Positions 12,101-25,731 of a stretch of 64,000 nt of DNA are shown here, piece after piece (the stretch's first letter is position 1; each line of letters begins with the position of its first letter). The notes below the pieces were generated by a model. It did no database searches, was not told where the DNA came from, and saw only the letters and a list, made by a program, of their open reading frames with translations. A program made the translations under genes and the position numbers. Source of the stretch: Octopus sinensis (lineage: Eukaryota). The DNA lies in contig NC_043005.1 in NCBI RefSeq assembly GCF_006345805.1, forward strand, positions 65,534,001-65,598,000. The letters run 5' to 3'.

Positions 12101-15100
12101 CACTCAGCTGGCAAAAATGAGTAACGCTGTGCTGGACCGGCGTCCCATCCAGCTGGGGAACACATGTGCCATAGAAACCAGGAAACCGGGCCCATGAGCT
12201 TGGCTAGGCTTTAAAAGGGCGCATTTTAGGGGGTTTTTTTTTATATCCAATAAGAGAAGTTTCTCAAATAATCAAGTAATTACTTCCAAGTAAGCTCAGA
12301 TAAAACCCAAAACAATGCAATATCATTTATTAAACAAGAAAGCAAAAAAGTACTGTCAGTGTAAGGAAGAATTTTTTTTCAAGGGCATTGGAGGAGGTGA
12401 TCTTGTGTTATGATGAAAGGTGAGAGGATGTCATCTGACACAAGATCACCTCCTCTAATGCCCCCTCCCCTCTCAAAAGTTCCTTGTCTTGCAAGATACT
12501 TGATGATCCTGCTAGTGTTGGTGTTAAGTAAAAAACATCCAGTCCACACTGTAAAGTGGTTGGCATTTAGAAGGGCATCCAGCTGTAAAAAAAAAACCAA
12601 GCCAAAACTGACCTCACCTGTGTTGGTGCCACATAAAAAGCACTCAGTCCACTCTGCAAAGTGGTTGGTATTAGAAAGGGCACACAACTGTAAAAACTAC
12701 GCAAAAACAAACACAGTAGCCTGGTGTAGTCTTCAATCTGACCAGCTCCTATCAAACCGTCCAACCCATTTCAGCATGGAAGACAGACATTACACAATGG
12801 CCTTGTTTAATGTCCAAAAGACTAAAATATATATCTATGCAATGCTATCAAGTGTTTGGTTGGTTATCTCAATGGCATAAATTTGTTCAAATACATCTGA
12901 CCAAAACTACACAGAAAAAAAAAAAGAACTTACAGCTTGCCTAGCAGCTTCTTCTTCAGCTTCTTTTTTTCTCCTTTCTTCCGCAAGTGCTTCTTGCCTG
13001 ATCTAAAAAATAACAACTCATGTATTATAAAACAAAGAATTTAGGTGTAAATTCATAAAGTAGAAACCTAGAAATATTAAAAATGGAATAAGTAAATCTA
13101 AATTAATGCAATGGATACATTAACAAAAAAATCAGTATTAATTAAAAGACCTTACTAGTAAAAGAATTAGCTTTAGGGAAAAAAAACGTCTTAACTGACA
13201 AGAAGTCACTGTAGTCAAATGGATATGGGATAAGTCTCAACAGAAGTGTCGTGAGTTTATATTTTGGTGCTGTGTAAAAGAACCCATGCCAGTGCCACGT
13301 TAATGCACCTGTGCCAGTGTCGCATAGGAGTCTGTGCTAGTGCCATGTAATTGTACCCAGTATACTTTGTAAAGTGGTTAGCATCAGGAAGGGCATCCAG
13401 CCATGGAAACCATGCCAAATGGAACCTGGGCAGTTCTCCAACTGGCCACTCCTGTCAGTATGCAGAACTGACATTAAAAGATGATGATGAACTAATGATG
13501 AGAAGTAATATGACCAAGGCATGTAACTACAGCCCCACTAAGGAAAAATAAGGAAGGGAAAGTGTATAAAGAAAGTAAGAAATCTGTGGTAGGCAAAACT
13601 ATTAAGAAATTGGCATTCAATTTCATGGCCTAGACATTAGAAGTGCAAATGCAGAGAAGACATAAGCAACCATAAAAAGTCCGTATTTGCAACATGGCAT
13701 TTGTAATCTCCTCACCACATCTACGAGTTTTCCTTTCACTTTCACCAAGTCAACATAAGTGAGACGGTTTTCACAAATTTGAAGTATTTATATATTATTA
13801 TTGCACAAAGAACTAGATGTCCCTTTCACAGTCCCTTTCAACCATAAAACAGGCATAAAATTCAAAGTTATTTAAACATACTGACCTAAACAGAGATATT
13901 CTTCAGCTAGGCTATAACATCAGAAAACAAAAATATACTGGTTTCAGTTTCGGGACAAGGGCAGCAATTTCAGGGGAAGGGGCAAGTCAGTTACACTGAC
14001 CCCAGTGTTTAACTGGTACTTATTTTATCAAGCCCAAAATGGATGAAAGGCAAAGTTGACCATGGCAGAATTTGAACTTAGAACATAAAGACAGATGAAA
14101 TGTCACTAAGCATTTTGCCCAGTGTGCTAATGATTCTGCCAGCTCACCCACCTAAGTAAACTAAAATATATTAACCCCGCAAGACCCTGATAAAAAAAAG
14201 TCAGATGTAGTATACAACCATAGCATTTAAAAATTTAGAAGTGTAAGATAGTTACCCGTTCTTCTTCTTCGGCTTTAGCTCGAGCTGCTTCTTGGCGAGC
14301 ACGCTTCTGAGCTAATTTCTTCTCTTTCTCTTCTTCTTTGAATTTGTGTACTCTAGGATCACATGCATAGGCATTATCTGCAAATTGAAGAAATTCAACT
14401 CAAATATGAAAAATTGCTTATGGCATGAGAAAATAACTTCATGTGTCATTGAATCATATCTACACTATTTTATACCATTTTTTTTTTTATACATGATGGA
14501 ACATTTTTCTTTGAATGTTGGTCTTGTTACTTATCCCCCAACTGTAAGTGCACAACTTATTTTTTGCCAGGCAGACAAAGGGGCTTTTTCTGGTTCTTAA
14601 TCTTGTTAGTTACTTGGCATCATCACTGGTGCCAGTGGTACAAAAAAAACACACAAAGTGATTTGCATCCAGCCATTGAAATCAATGATGCCAAAACTGA
14701 CATTGGAGCTTGACATTGTCTTGCAGCTCACTGGATCCTTTCAAACCATCTGACTCATACCAGCATGGAAAATGGACATTAAACAAGGCCACTGATGAAG
14801 CAACAGGAGGAAGATAGTATATAAAAAGAGGCTTGTTGTACACCACTGAGACAGTGTAACTAAAGAATCCTTAAAGAATGATTGCTCTTCCCTCAGACAG
14901 GAAGAAACTTGAGCAAAAGCTTCAGTAAACTACTTGAACAATGCAGAAACAACTCAGTCTCAATAGAGAGTATGTTCCTTTCTTTCAATCACTTGATTTA
15001 GAGGAAACTGTTTCAAGACAAGATGTTTTAATGAAGTGAAGAATCCTAAATATTCTAGACTTAACTATTAATAAGGATCAGTTAAGTTCACAATTATAAG

Positions 15101-18100
15101 CTGTGTAATTGATGACTGTAATCACTGCAGAACTGAACTGAAATCCTCACATGGTTAGTGAGAGGACAATAAGAAACTATTCTAATGCATAATCCTTTGA
15201 AGTGGAAGTCTTCGGCAGCCCCATATGAGATAACAGATTACAGAATATTATACTGCTTACAGTTATTTTATTAAAACACAGTCAGAAAAAGTAGAATGTA
15301 GGCAATAACAAAGGAATGAAATACAGTTAGGGTATTCTCTTATGTGACAAAACAAATAGAAAGTAAAAGGAAAAAGTCACAACAGGATTTTATGCTGAAA
15401 AGATAGAAAGGCATCAGCAAAACATACACTATCCCCTAATACACTCATATCAGCATAGAAAAATAGCAAGCAATGACTACAACCATTCCACTCCACCTAT
15501 GCCACTAAGGTAATTAAATAAAGCATAAATTTGGCAATCCAAAAGCTTTCCATTTTTCCTGCTAGCCATGAAAATTTTCAGGTTTTCTATCCACATAAGA
15601 AGCTACATAGAGACTATGTAATGATTTAGGGAACATACCAACTAACTGACGTATTCTGGCCATCTCTTCTTTCTTTCTCTTCTGACGAGCAGCTTTATTC
15701 TGTTTTTCAATCCATCTTCTCTCTTCACGACTAAAATGAAAAATTAGGAATAACGACTGAATTTCTTCATTCAATACAGTTTCTAATTTGTAAACAGTTC
15801 TCTTAAACATATAAAGCATAATCCTTAAGATAAATATGGCAAAGCCTAATGAATTAGTAATATGAGCTTCAAAAGCACAAAAATATGGGAGAAGGGGCTA
15901 TGTTCATGTTCATTATATGAAAATGTAGCAAATAGTGTACTAAAAATGTTATGAGACCCCCAAGTCAAAAGGCTAGCTAAGTTCAAGTACATCCTACACT
16001 CCATCAGGGTCTTGGCATCAAATTCTCACAGCTATGCCCACTCTTGTGCTCCAAATGCTTCTGAGAACACAGAGAATACATAAAAGTCTTGATATCTCCC
16101 AGACAACTATGCGATGGGTCATACATGAAGACTTAACTCGTAAGTCATTAAAATTGCTGTCGACACCTAATTTCAGCCACTTCCAAAGCATAGCAACTGG
16201 AGTGGTGCAAGAAAATGGCAGAGGAGATTCAGAGCACTGATGACAATGTCTTCATATGTCTTCTTGGTGAATATTTTCACCAAGAAGGTTGTAGTGAACA
16301 CCCAGAATGACAGGATTTTGGCCATGAAGTTGGGTGCTGTTCTCAAAGGTGCCCATAAGGTGTTTCGTTAAATGAGATTCATCAGAGAGATAGTTTGGGC
16401 AGCAGTGTCATCTGATGGCGGAAAATCTCCTCTGATGTTCATTAAAGAGAGGATGAAGGTCAATTCGGCAATTTACATGAAAATGTTGGAGGATAATGTT
16501 TTGCCATGGGTGACTGAAGCATTTGGAGATAATTATGAGTTCAGGCAAGACGGTGCTCCTTCTTATATACTTAATGTGACACAGCAGTGGTGCAGGAGCA
16601 ATTTCAAAGGGTTCTGGGAAAAGAATGTGTTGCCTCCCTCCAGCCCAGACGTCAACCCTATGAACCCCGCTATTTGGTCCATTCTAGAAAGTGATGTTTC
16701 AAGAGTATCCTACAAAAGCCTTAGTTGCATCATGGGATCATTTAAGTGAAGAAGTCAACTCGTGTTCGTGTGACTCTGTTCTCGGCCATCTTCGGGCAAC
16801 TGTGAAGGCTAAAGGCAGACATATTGAATGAAAACATGTTACATGACCATATTTAATTAAACCCTAAAGAACTCTTGTTTTTATGCCTTTACTAAAACTT
16901 ATGACTAAAAAATCAATAGGAAATTCTTTACAACACACCCTGTATAAATATACATACATATATATAGTTTCCCTCCCTGTTTCCTTTTGTGTTCCTTTCT
17001 GTGGAAGATCATAAGCTCGAAACGTTAAAGACTTTTTCACTTCCCGGGTGTTAAACTAATACATCTGTTTGTTGTCTACACCACCTGTATATATATATAT
17101 GTGTGTGTGTGTTAAGGAAAGGAGTAAGATCTGGGTTACATATGTTTCATAGCAAGCAGAACCTTGGAAGTGGTAAATATTCAAGCGAGGTGTATACCAC
17201 AGGCTGCTCAGCAGGCCGAGGGTTTCTTGATTAAATATAAGTTAACATTGTTGCAAGGAGGTATATGCTAATACACAGAAGGGATCTTACCTACTCCATT
17301 CCTTAACTCTTGCATTCTTATTCGCATAGCCGGCAACCCTGGTTGCCTACCATGAAACATAAAAAGAATTTTTTCCAACTTCAAGACAAAAAAATACACA
17401 ACCTTCTGCCTCAATAAAACACTATTGTTCCTGAAAGACGTTTTTTATATTTACTACGGATTGCTTGAAGATAATTTTCTTCTTACACATCAAACCTTGG
17501 ATCTTACATTTTTATATATATGTATTCGCTGTTCTTGAGGTTTCGAAGACCCAACAAATGAAGTGAGTTCATGCTCACAGGACAGCCTGCTGCGCTGACC
17601 TTGGATCGTAGAGTGACCCGCTGTTCTTGAGGAAACCCGTTGAGTCAAGTTCGTCAACATCAAAAATTCGAATGGTAATTGTAGTTAAGTCACCAGTGCT
17701 GGCGACACGTAAAAGCACCGTTCGATCGTGGCAGTTACTAACGTCGCCTGACTGGCATCCATGTCGGTGACACGTAAAAGCACCAACTGATCGTGGCCGT
17801 TTGTCAGCCTGTGCCGGTGGCACGAAAAAAACATCCACTACACTAACGGAGTGGTTGGCGTTAGGAAGGGCATCCAGCTGTAGAAACACTGCCAAATCAG
17901 ACTGGAGCCTGGTGCAGCCTCCATGGCTTACCAGACCCCAGTCGAACCATCCAACCCATGCTAGCATGGAATACGGATGTTAAATGATGATGATGATGAA
18001 GGTGGACAATAAACAATGATGATGATGATGATGATGATACACACACGATTCTTTAAATGTTGCAGTCAAGTACAATAAAATGTATGCATATAATATGTAT

Positions 18101-18945
18101 GTATGTATGTGTGGGTGTTGTTTGAGTGTCTACCCATATAGGTATTTATATGCTATTATGGTTTTTATTATCATTTTTGTTCTTTATTATTACTTTTGTG
18201 CTAAAATTGTATACACACAGATCTGTATTTTCTCCTTCTTCCATGACAAAATTGTCGTTTGTCTTATTTACTTATACATTTTCTTATACATCTTATTGTT
18301 TTTGTCATGTCAAAGAGGTATGTGTAACTATTGTATCTTTCATTCGAATTCAGCTTGTAATGATGTATATATGTAAGCAAATGCTTGTGTATGAACTTAT
18401 GTATGTGTGCATGTGTGTTTGTGTATACAAATTTGTGAGCATAAATATAAGTGTGTGTTGGGGGGATTTCACCATACCTACCTTCATAATATATATAGAA
18501 GTTACCATTCTGGTTTGCGTATAGGCCAAAATGCTTCTACGGTATTTAGGCATAGGTGTGTGCTAAGTGTAATAAACATGCAGAACTAAATAAACGTACT
18601 TTTCGCCTTTTTCTTTCTCTTCTTCATCTAAATAGGAATATTCACGCCAGGATTCAAAGTCATACCTAGAAATACAGAAAGGGGACAAAAAGAAATTTTC
18701 ATGAAATTGTTTATAGGTAAGATGTTTTCCATATTTCCTTTCTAGTAAGTTCTCGTGTCAGTTGCAATAACGTAATGCTATAAACAAAGATATTCTAAAG
18801 ATAGGCGTAGGAATGGCTGTGTGGTAAGTAACTTGCTTACCAACCACATGGTTCCAGGTTGAGTCCTACATCAAAGAGTACATCTTATCTAACTCACTGC
18901 AAATCAATTTGGACATCCTTATATCTAGCTAACATCATGGCATAC

Positions 18946-19005
<60 letters not shown>

Positions 19006-22000
19006 TATAGAACATTTTATGTAGTTATATTCTCTGCTCCAGTAAGTCATATAAAAATATAGGAATTTGCAAAAGTATCAAATAAATGATTTCAGAGTGT
19101 AAATACACAAAATAAACCACTTTGTAGAAAAGGAAAGCTCAAGAACTTACCAAAAAGAATAAAACCGATCTACATCTTTGAAACTTGATGAATTGTCTCC
19201 TAATTTTGGGACTGGTTTCTTAAGAGACCACCTGTAAAAAAATTAGTGTATGTATGAAATTTCTATTTACTCTACGCAATAAATGTTAATTGTCAACTGT
19301 TTGATCTCCAGGGGTATCCTATCACTGGATGATCAACACTTCTGACTTCAAAAGATAGGACAGAAGTTGTGATATTCATACTTTACTAATGGTATAAGAA
19401 AATGAAATAACTAAAGATAATAAACAAAACCAGATTACAGGCTTAGTTATTAAGATACAATATTTGTCATAAATATGAACATGTGTGTGTGTGTGTGTGC
19501 GTGTGTGCGCGTGCACATACATATGCATGCATGTTACTGTCTTTCTTCCAAATACTGAGTTTAAATTCCATTCGCTTTTCCTTCCATTGAGAATAATATA
19601 AGTAAATATCAAGAATGTATTACATTCAATTCAGTCAACTGCAACCTTCCTCTATAAATATGAGGTTTGAAAACCAATCCAAGAAACCTCGTTAACAGCA
19701 CCAAGAGCACCAGAAGATGGCAAACCAGAGAGTTGCATCGGGCTGCAGTCTGTATGGCCTGGTTTCTATGGCAGGATGCCCTTCTTAATACCAACCACTC
19801 CACAAAATGTACCAGATGTCTTTTACATAACACCAGCATGGGTGCCTTTCATGTGTCACCAGCACTGGCCACGACCACAATATCACTCAGCTTGACATGT
19901 CTTCTCAAGCACAGCAATTTGCAAGAAGTTTGTCATTTGCTACTGCCTCTGAAGATCATATTTCATGACCTTGTCCCACATCATCTTGGGTCAACCTCTT
20001 CCACAGTTAAAGACCAGCACTTCTTTATGCAGCTGTCCTTGTCCATATGCATCACAACCATACCAGCAGAGTCTTCTCTCTTGCACACTATATCCAATAT
20101 CTCTTATACTCAGTTTTTCTCTTAAGACACCTACACTCCGTCTTGTGTGAACACTTACATTACACATTCAGCAGAGCAGGCTAGCTTTGATTCCTTCGAG
20201 CCTTCACACAGCCTCTACAGTCACAGCCCATGTTCCACTGCCATGTAGCATGGCTGCTTGAACACAGGCATCAAACACTATCTCATTCACTCTGAGGTAG
20301 AGGCCCTTTGTTACCAACAAAGGTGGAAGCTCTCTGAACTTTGCCCAGCCACATTCTTATTCTAGCAGCTACATTGAAACTAACAACTTCAATTTAAATT
20401 CAAACACAACACAAAAGGAAAAATCTTATAAGCAAAACTTTGTAAAATGCATTGCCATGGGCTTCAGATATACACTTCATGAATACAGGATTTAAGGTTC
20501 AATCTCTGCATGGCACCTTTCCCAAATACTTTCTAGTATAGCAGTTGGTTCATTAATATCTTGTGAGTAGAATTTGGTAAACAGAAACTATGTCCCTCCA
20601 CTCCACCACACCACACCTCTCACATACAAAGACGCATGTCTCTTCTACCATCTTGTCTCCTTGACACACCCTTGTATGTTCGCAAGTTAACACACATACA
20701 TACCCACACACACATTGTCTTGTTGACACATGCATACTCACACATATTTACTTTTACACACACACACACACAATGTCCACCACATGTACACTCACAACCC
20801 ACTTCCTCCCTCCACCTCTCCTGCGTTACAGTAGTGTTTCACCTTCCCAGCCATGGATTCTTTTACTTGCTAACACACCCTCACAGCCACGTGCCTACAT
20901 ATTCTCACCTGCTTTTTACTTCCCTTTACTCTTCACACTATGACATTCTACCTTAACATTTCTCTCTCCTCAGCAGATCTTATCCAATTCTCCTTGTGGA
21001 TTTTACTATTTCTTCACCATCCATGGACTTTCCTGATTTTCTACCATCTACATATACATAAAATTATGTTTTTTCTTCTCTCTTCTTTTTTTTTCTTTCT
21101 TCCATATAAAAACACTTCATACCCGCAAAACATGCACACACCTGTCACATTTGTCAAGCCTTTCCCTGTGCCTCACCTAACTAAATTTCTTTTTCAGGTT
21201 CCTCACCATCCTTAGGATATTCCATCCAACCCTGTTGGACTTTTCAGTGTTGTTTAGTTTCTTAACCCTTTTGTTACTGTATTTATTTTGAGATGCTCTG
21301 TGTCTCTTTCAATTAATTCTAAATATAACAAAGAATTTAGTAAAATAACTTAGTTATCATTAAGCTAGTGTTAGGAACACAAATTGTGACTAAGGTTTGG
21401 TCAAAGATTTAAATTTAAAACTTATGAAAACAAGTCATTTGTACTACAGAGCCAGAGGTGGTTTCAGGCAGATTGGTATTGAAAGAATTAAATAACTTTT
21501 CTTCTCTCACAGAACTTGTAATTTTAATCTCTCTATTTTTATACAAGTTAAATAATTTTTCTGACTTCTCTTTCTCCCAAATTTCCACTTATTTTGTTCA
21601 CACCTTCCTTCCATGAAACAGTGTCTCACATCCAACTCCTCTACTCACTTTCCACTGGCCTTCCCTCTTCCCATGCCTCCCACATTCCACTGGCCTTCCC
21701 TCTTACTTCATGCTTTTACCCACTCTCTCCTGCTCACATCCATATTCCTCATATACTTAACACACACCTTACACACACACAACTCTGACTCCCACAAACC
21801 TGCCACTATACTTCTGCACTTGCAAACTTCTACATACCTACCCTACTAACACCCAAAAAAAACCCACACACCACTCACCTCCCAAACACAGATGCACTTC
21901 TATACTTGCACATACACACCCACCCCTCCCATCTTCTAACCAATCTTCTTTCTTACTCCATCTATACTTTTCTCTTTCTTCTGATGAAGAACTAACATCT

Positions 22001-22642
22001 GAAACAGAGACTCTTTCTCTTCCCATCAAAGCATTAAGCTAATATTGTTATAGTTAAGCCTTGTCTCTCTTGTGTTGCCTTTACAATATATCAAAAAGGA
22101 TGAAAGGCCCTTCCCAAGTCATTAGCACATAAGGCTGGTTTCCTACAATCTATGGAATATATATTCCCCACAATACAGGATGTCAATCAGTTGTGAGGTT
22201 ACTCATTTTTGCCAGCTGAGTGAATTGGAGCAACGTGAAATGAAATGCTTTGCAGAACACAATTAATCACCTGGTCTAGGAATTAAAACTGCAATCTTAC
22301 AATCATGCATTAATCACTAAGCTATGCACCTACACACACACTCAAATATATATATATATCATCATCATCATCATCGTTTAACATCCGCTATCCATGCTAG
22401 CATGGGTTGGACGATTTTGACTGAGGTCTGGCAAACCAGGCTCCAATCTTGATCTAGCAGAGTTTCTACAGCTGGATGCCCTTCCTAATGCCAACCACTC
22501 CGAGAGTGTGGTGGGTGCTTTTTACGTGCCACCGGCACGGAGGCCAGATAGCTGCTCTGGCAACGATCACGCTCGGATGGTGCTCTTAACACCTTACTAG
22601 CATGGGGCTCGAGTGCCAGTAAGGCGATGCTGGTAACAATCA

Positions 22643-22690
<48 letters not shown>

Positions 22691-25690
22691 TGTGTGTGTG
22701 TGTGTAAATGCCAATGTAAAAACAGCAATACTGTGAACTTTTGTGTCCGGTAATTTGGCAGTTTGTCAAATAGAATTTTATAAAATAAGGCTGAATAAGT
22801 TCTGAGATCAATACAATCAACTTAAATCCTTCAAAGTGATGATGAAGTGGCAAATGAAAATGAAAGCAAACCTGGAATTCCTTTCGAAAACTGGTTCAAA
22901 CACCTCAAAAAACTTCTCTTTGGAAGTTGTTGAAAGGGAAGGAATATCATTGTCAAATTCAGCATCTACACTGTCATAAGCTCGACGCTTCACAGGATTT
23001 CCTAATATTTCATATGCTATAGTAAAAAAGACACCAATAAAATATAAAGTTAGAAGAAGAGTAAACAAAGAAATTTTGGTCCTACTTTGATCTACAACTT
23101 CAAGGGTGATTGCTTTAGGTTAGTTTTTAGTTTCTTTACGTTGCAAAATTACGGCTGCCAAACTTGTGTGATCTACACACTTACTTTAATTATTATATAG
23201 GTGTAGGAATGGCTGTATGGTAAAGTAGTTTGCTCGACTAAAAGACAGTGCTCCAGCATGACCACAGTCAAATGACTGAAACAAGTAAAAGAGTATTGTT
23301 TATTCTTGGTTTCTTAAAGAATTTTGAAAAAATACATTTATAATGCTAAGTATGTACAAAAGAATTTATTGTAAAAAATCTTTAGCGAACATCTTAAGGA
23401 TTTTTAGAAATTGCAAAGTAAACTAACAAGTAACCTAAAGTAATCACCCTTTAAGTTGTAATCACATGCCAAAGCAGCACCAAAATATCTAACATTTCTA
23501 TATTCATGACATAAAATATGATAAATTTAAGTTAAGATTGATTAGATTACATATTGGTTGATCAGATTACATATTGATTGATTAGATTATGCTGGAGTGG
23601 CTGTGTGGTAAGTAGCTTGCTTACCAACCACATGGTTCCAGGTTCAGTCCCACTGCGTGGCACCTTGGGCAAGTCTCTTCTACTATAGCCTCAGGTCGGC
23701 CAATACCTTGTGAGTGGATTTGGTAGACGGAAACTGAAAGAAACCCATCGTATATATGTGTATATATATGTATGTGTGTGTATCTGTGTTTGTCACCCCA
23801 ACATTGCTTGACAACCGATGCTGGTGTGTCCCCGTAACTTTGCGGTTCGGCAAAAGAGACCGATAGAATAAGTACTAGGCTTACAAAGAATAAGTCCTGG
23901 GGTCGATTTGCTCGACTAAAGGCGGTGCTCCGGCATGACCACAGTCAAATGACTGAAACAAGTAAAAGAGTAAAGAGTATTGGTAAATGTTACCAGAAAA
24001 CTCAACTGTACAGTTACGGACATCTAATGTAAATAAATGATACCAGTTGAGAGACAGAATGTTGTGAGATGGCGGTAACAAGTACCTAGAGTAGAGATAG
24101 TGTTTTGTATTTGTCATCTAACACCTCAAGGTGCTATTGATGTGATAATACCAACAAATAAGGGAGTATTCTAATTGTCTGGTGAACAGCAATTCTTATT
24201 AGCTTGTCTGTAACCACTACTATTAATGCAATGACTATTAAACACTCCACTCACTAATTATTAACAGTTTCAAATCTGTATCCTGACATCAGTTGAGCTT
24301 ACTAATGTCTGTATAATCTTATAGAAGGTGTCAATTCAAATATATGTATAGCTCATGATTTTGTTGTAGCTCAGTTGCAAGATAGAAAAATATAGTATTT
24401 GTTTTCTTTAGCCAGAAAACATAATAAAATAGTTTGAACTCAAGACAAGGTCAACAATGCAGCATCTTAAACACCACTCATCATCATTGTTCAACCGTGG
24501 TCGAGACAATGGAATTTACTATGTTACGCCAGACTTCATGGTCCATCATAGCATTATGGAGGTCCTGTTGCTGGATGCCTGTATCCCTGGAGATTACATC
24601 AGGGTAGGAGAGTGTGCGCCCTCTGGTATCGCGAGCAGATGGCTTCCAGAGGAGAAGAGTAGAAATTACCTCATTTTCAGCTCTACAACAATGTTCAGCA
24701 AACTGGACTCTTCTACCTTTCACAAGAGATGACACAGGTGGTAATTTCCCATATATTTGTACTTTGGTTGGATGACGCTTCCATAAGAGATTTTGAGCTC
24801 TCATAAGGAGGTGAGTGTAAGTTCCATCCAACCGCCTATCAAGCTTCTTTGATAATGTCCAGGTTTCTGAGCCATATAGTAGAATTGGTTTGACTGTGGT
24901 TTTGAAGATTTTAAGTTTGAAATCTCTACTTAGATTTGATGACCAGATCTTATGCATATCGTTACAAGCTGACCAGGCTATACCCTTTCTAGTTAGAAAA
25001 TCTTTTTCAAATGATGATATGTATGACTCAAGATATTTGTAATCAGAAACCATATTAACCACTACATACATACACACAATAAGTATGCCCTCCAGAGGCA
25101 AGAACAAAAACAGTGGAAACGGAATTAAAACCAATATTTTTACCATTTGGCCACCACCATACCACCCAAATGAGAAAGCAAGTTTATAACAGTCACATTA
25201 TGAATATTCAGCACATTATAAAGAGAGACAGATGTTTTTGGTAGCTTTATCCCAAAGACTAATAACTTCAATAAGTTACAATACTTACCTTTAGATATGC
25301 AGGTAAAATAGTCATCATCTTTCACAATATTGCCCAATTTTCTTCGTTTGTCAGGATGGTGCTTCAAGACTTTAGCTTTATCTAAAAAAATATATACATA
25401 TATATTTGTGTGTGTGTGGGTAAAGACTTCAGTGCTAAGAAGAAGACAATAAAAGAGAGTACCTGATATTGAAAGTAATGTGTCAAAATATAGTTATTAA
25501 AAGTGAAATTTTTAGTAATTATACAGGAGTGGCTGTGTGGTAAGTAATTTGCTAACCAACCACATGGTTCCGGGTTCAGTCCCACTGCGTGGCATCTTGG
25601 ACAAGTGTCTTCTGCTATAGCCCCGGGTCGACCAATGCCTTGTGAGTGGATTTGGTAGACAGAAACTGAAAGAAGCCTGTTGTATATATG

Positions 25691-25731
<41 letters not shown>

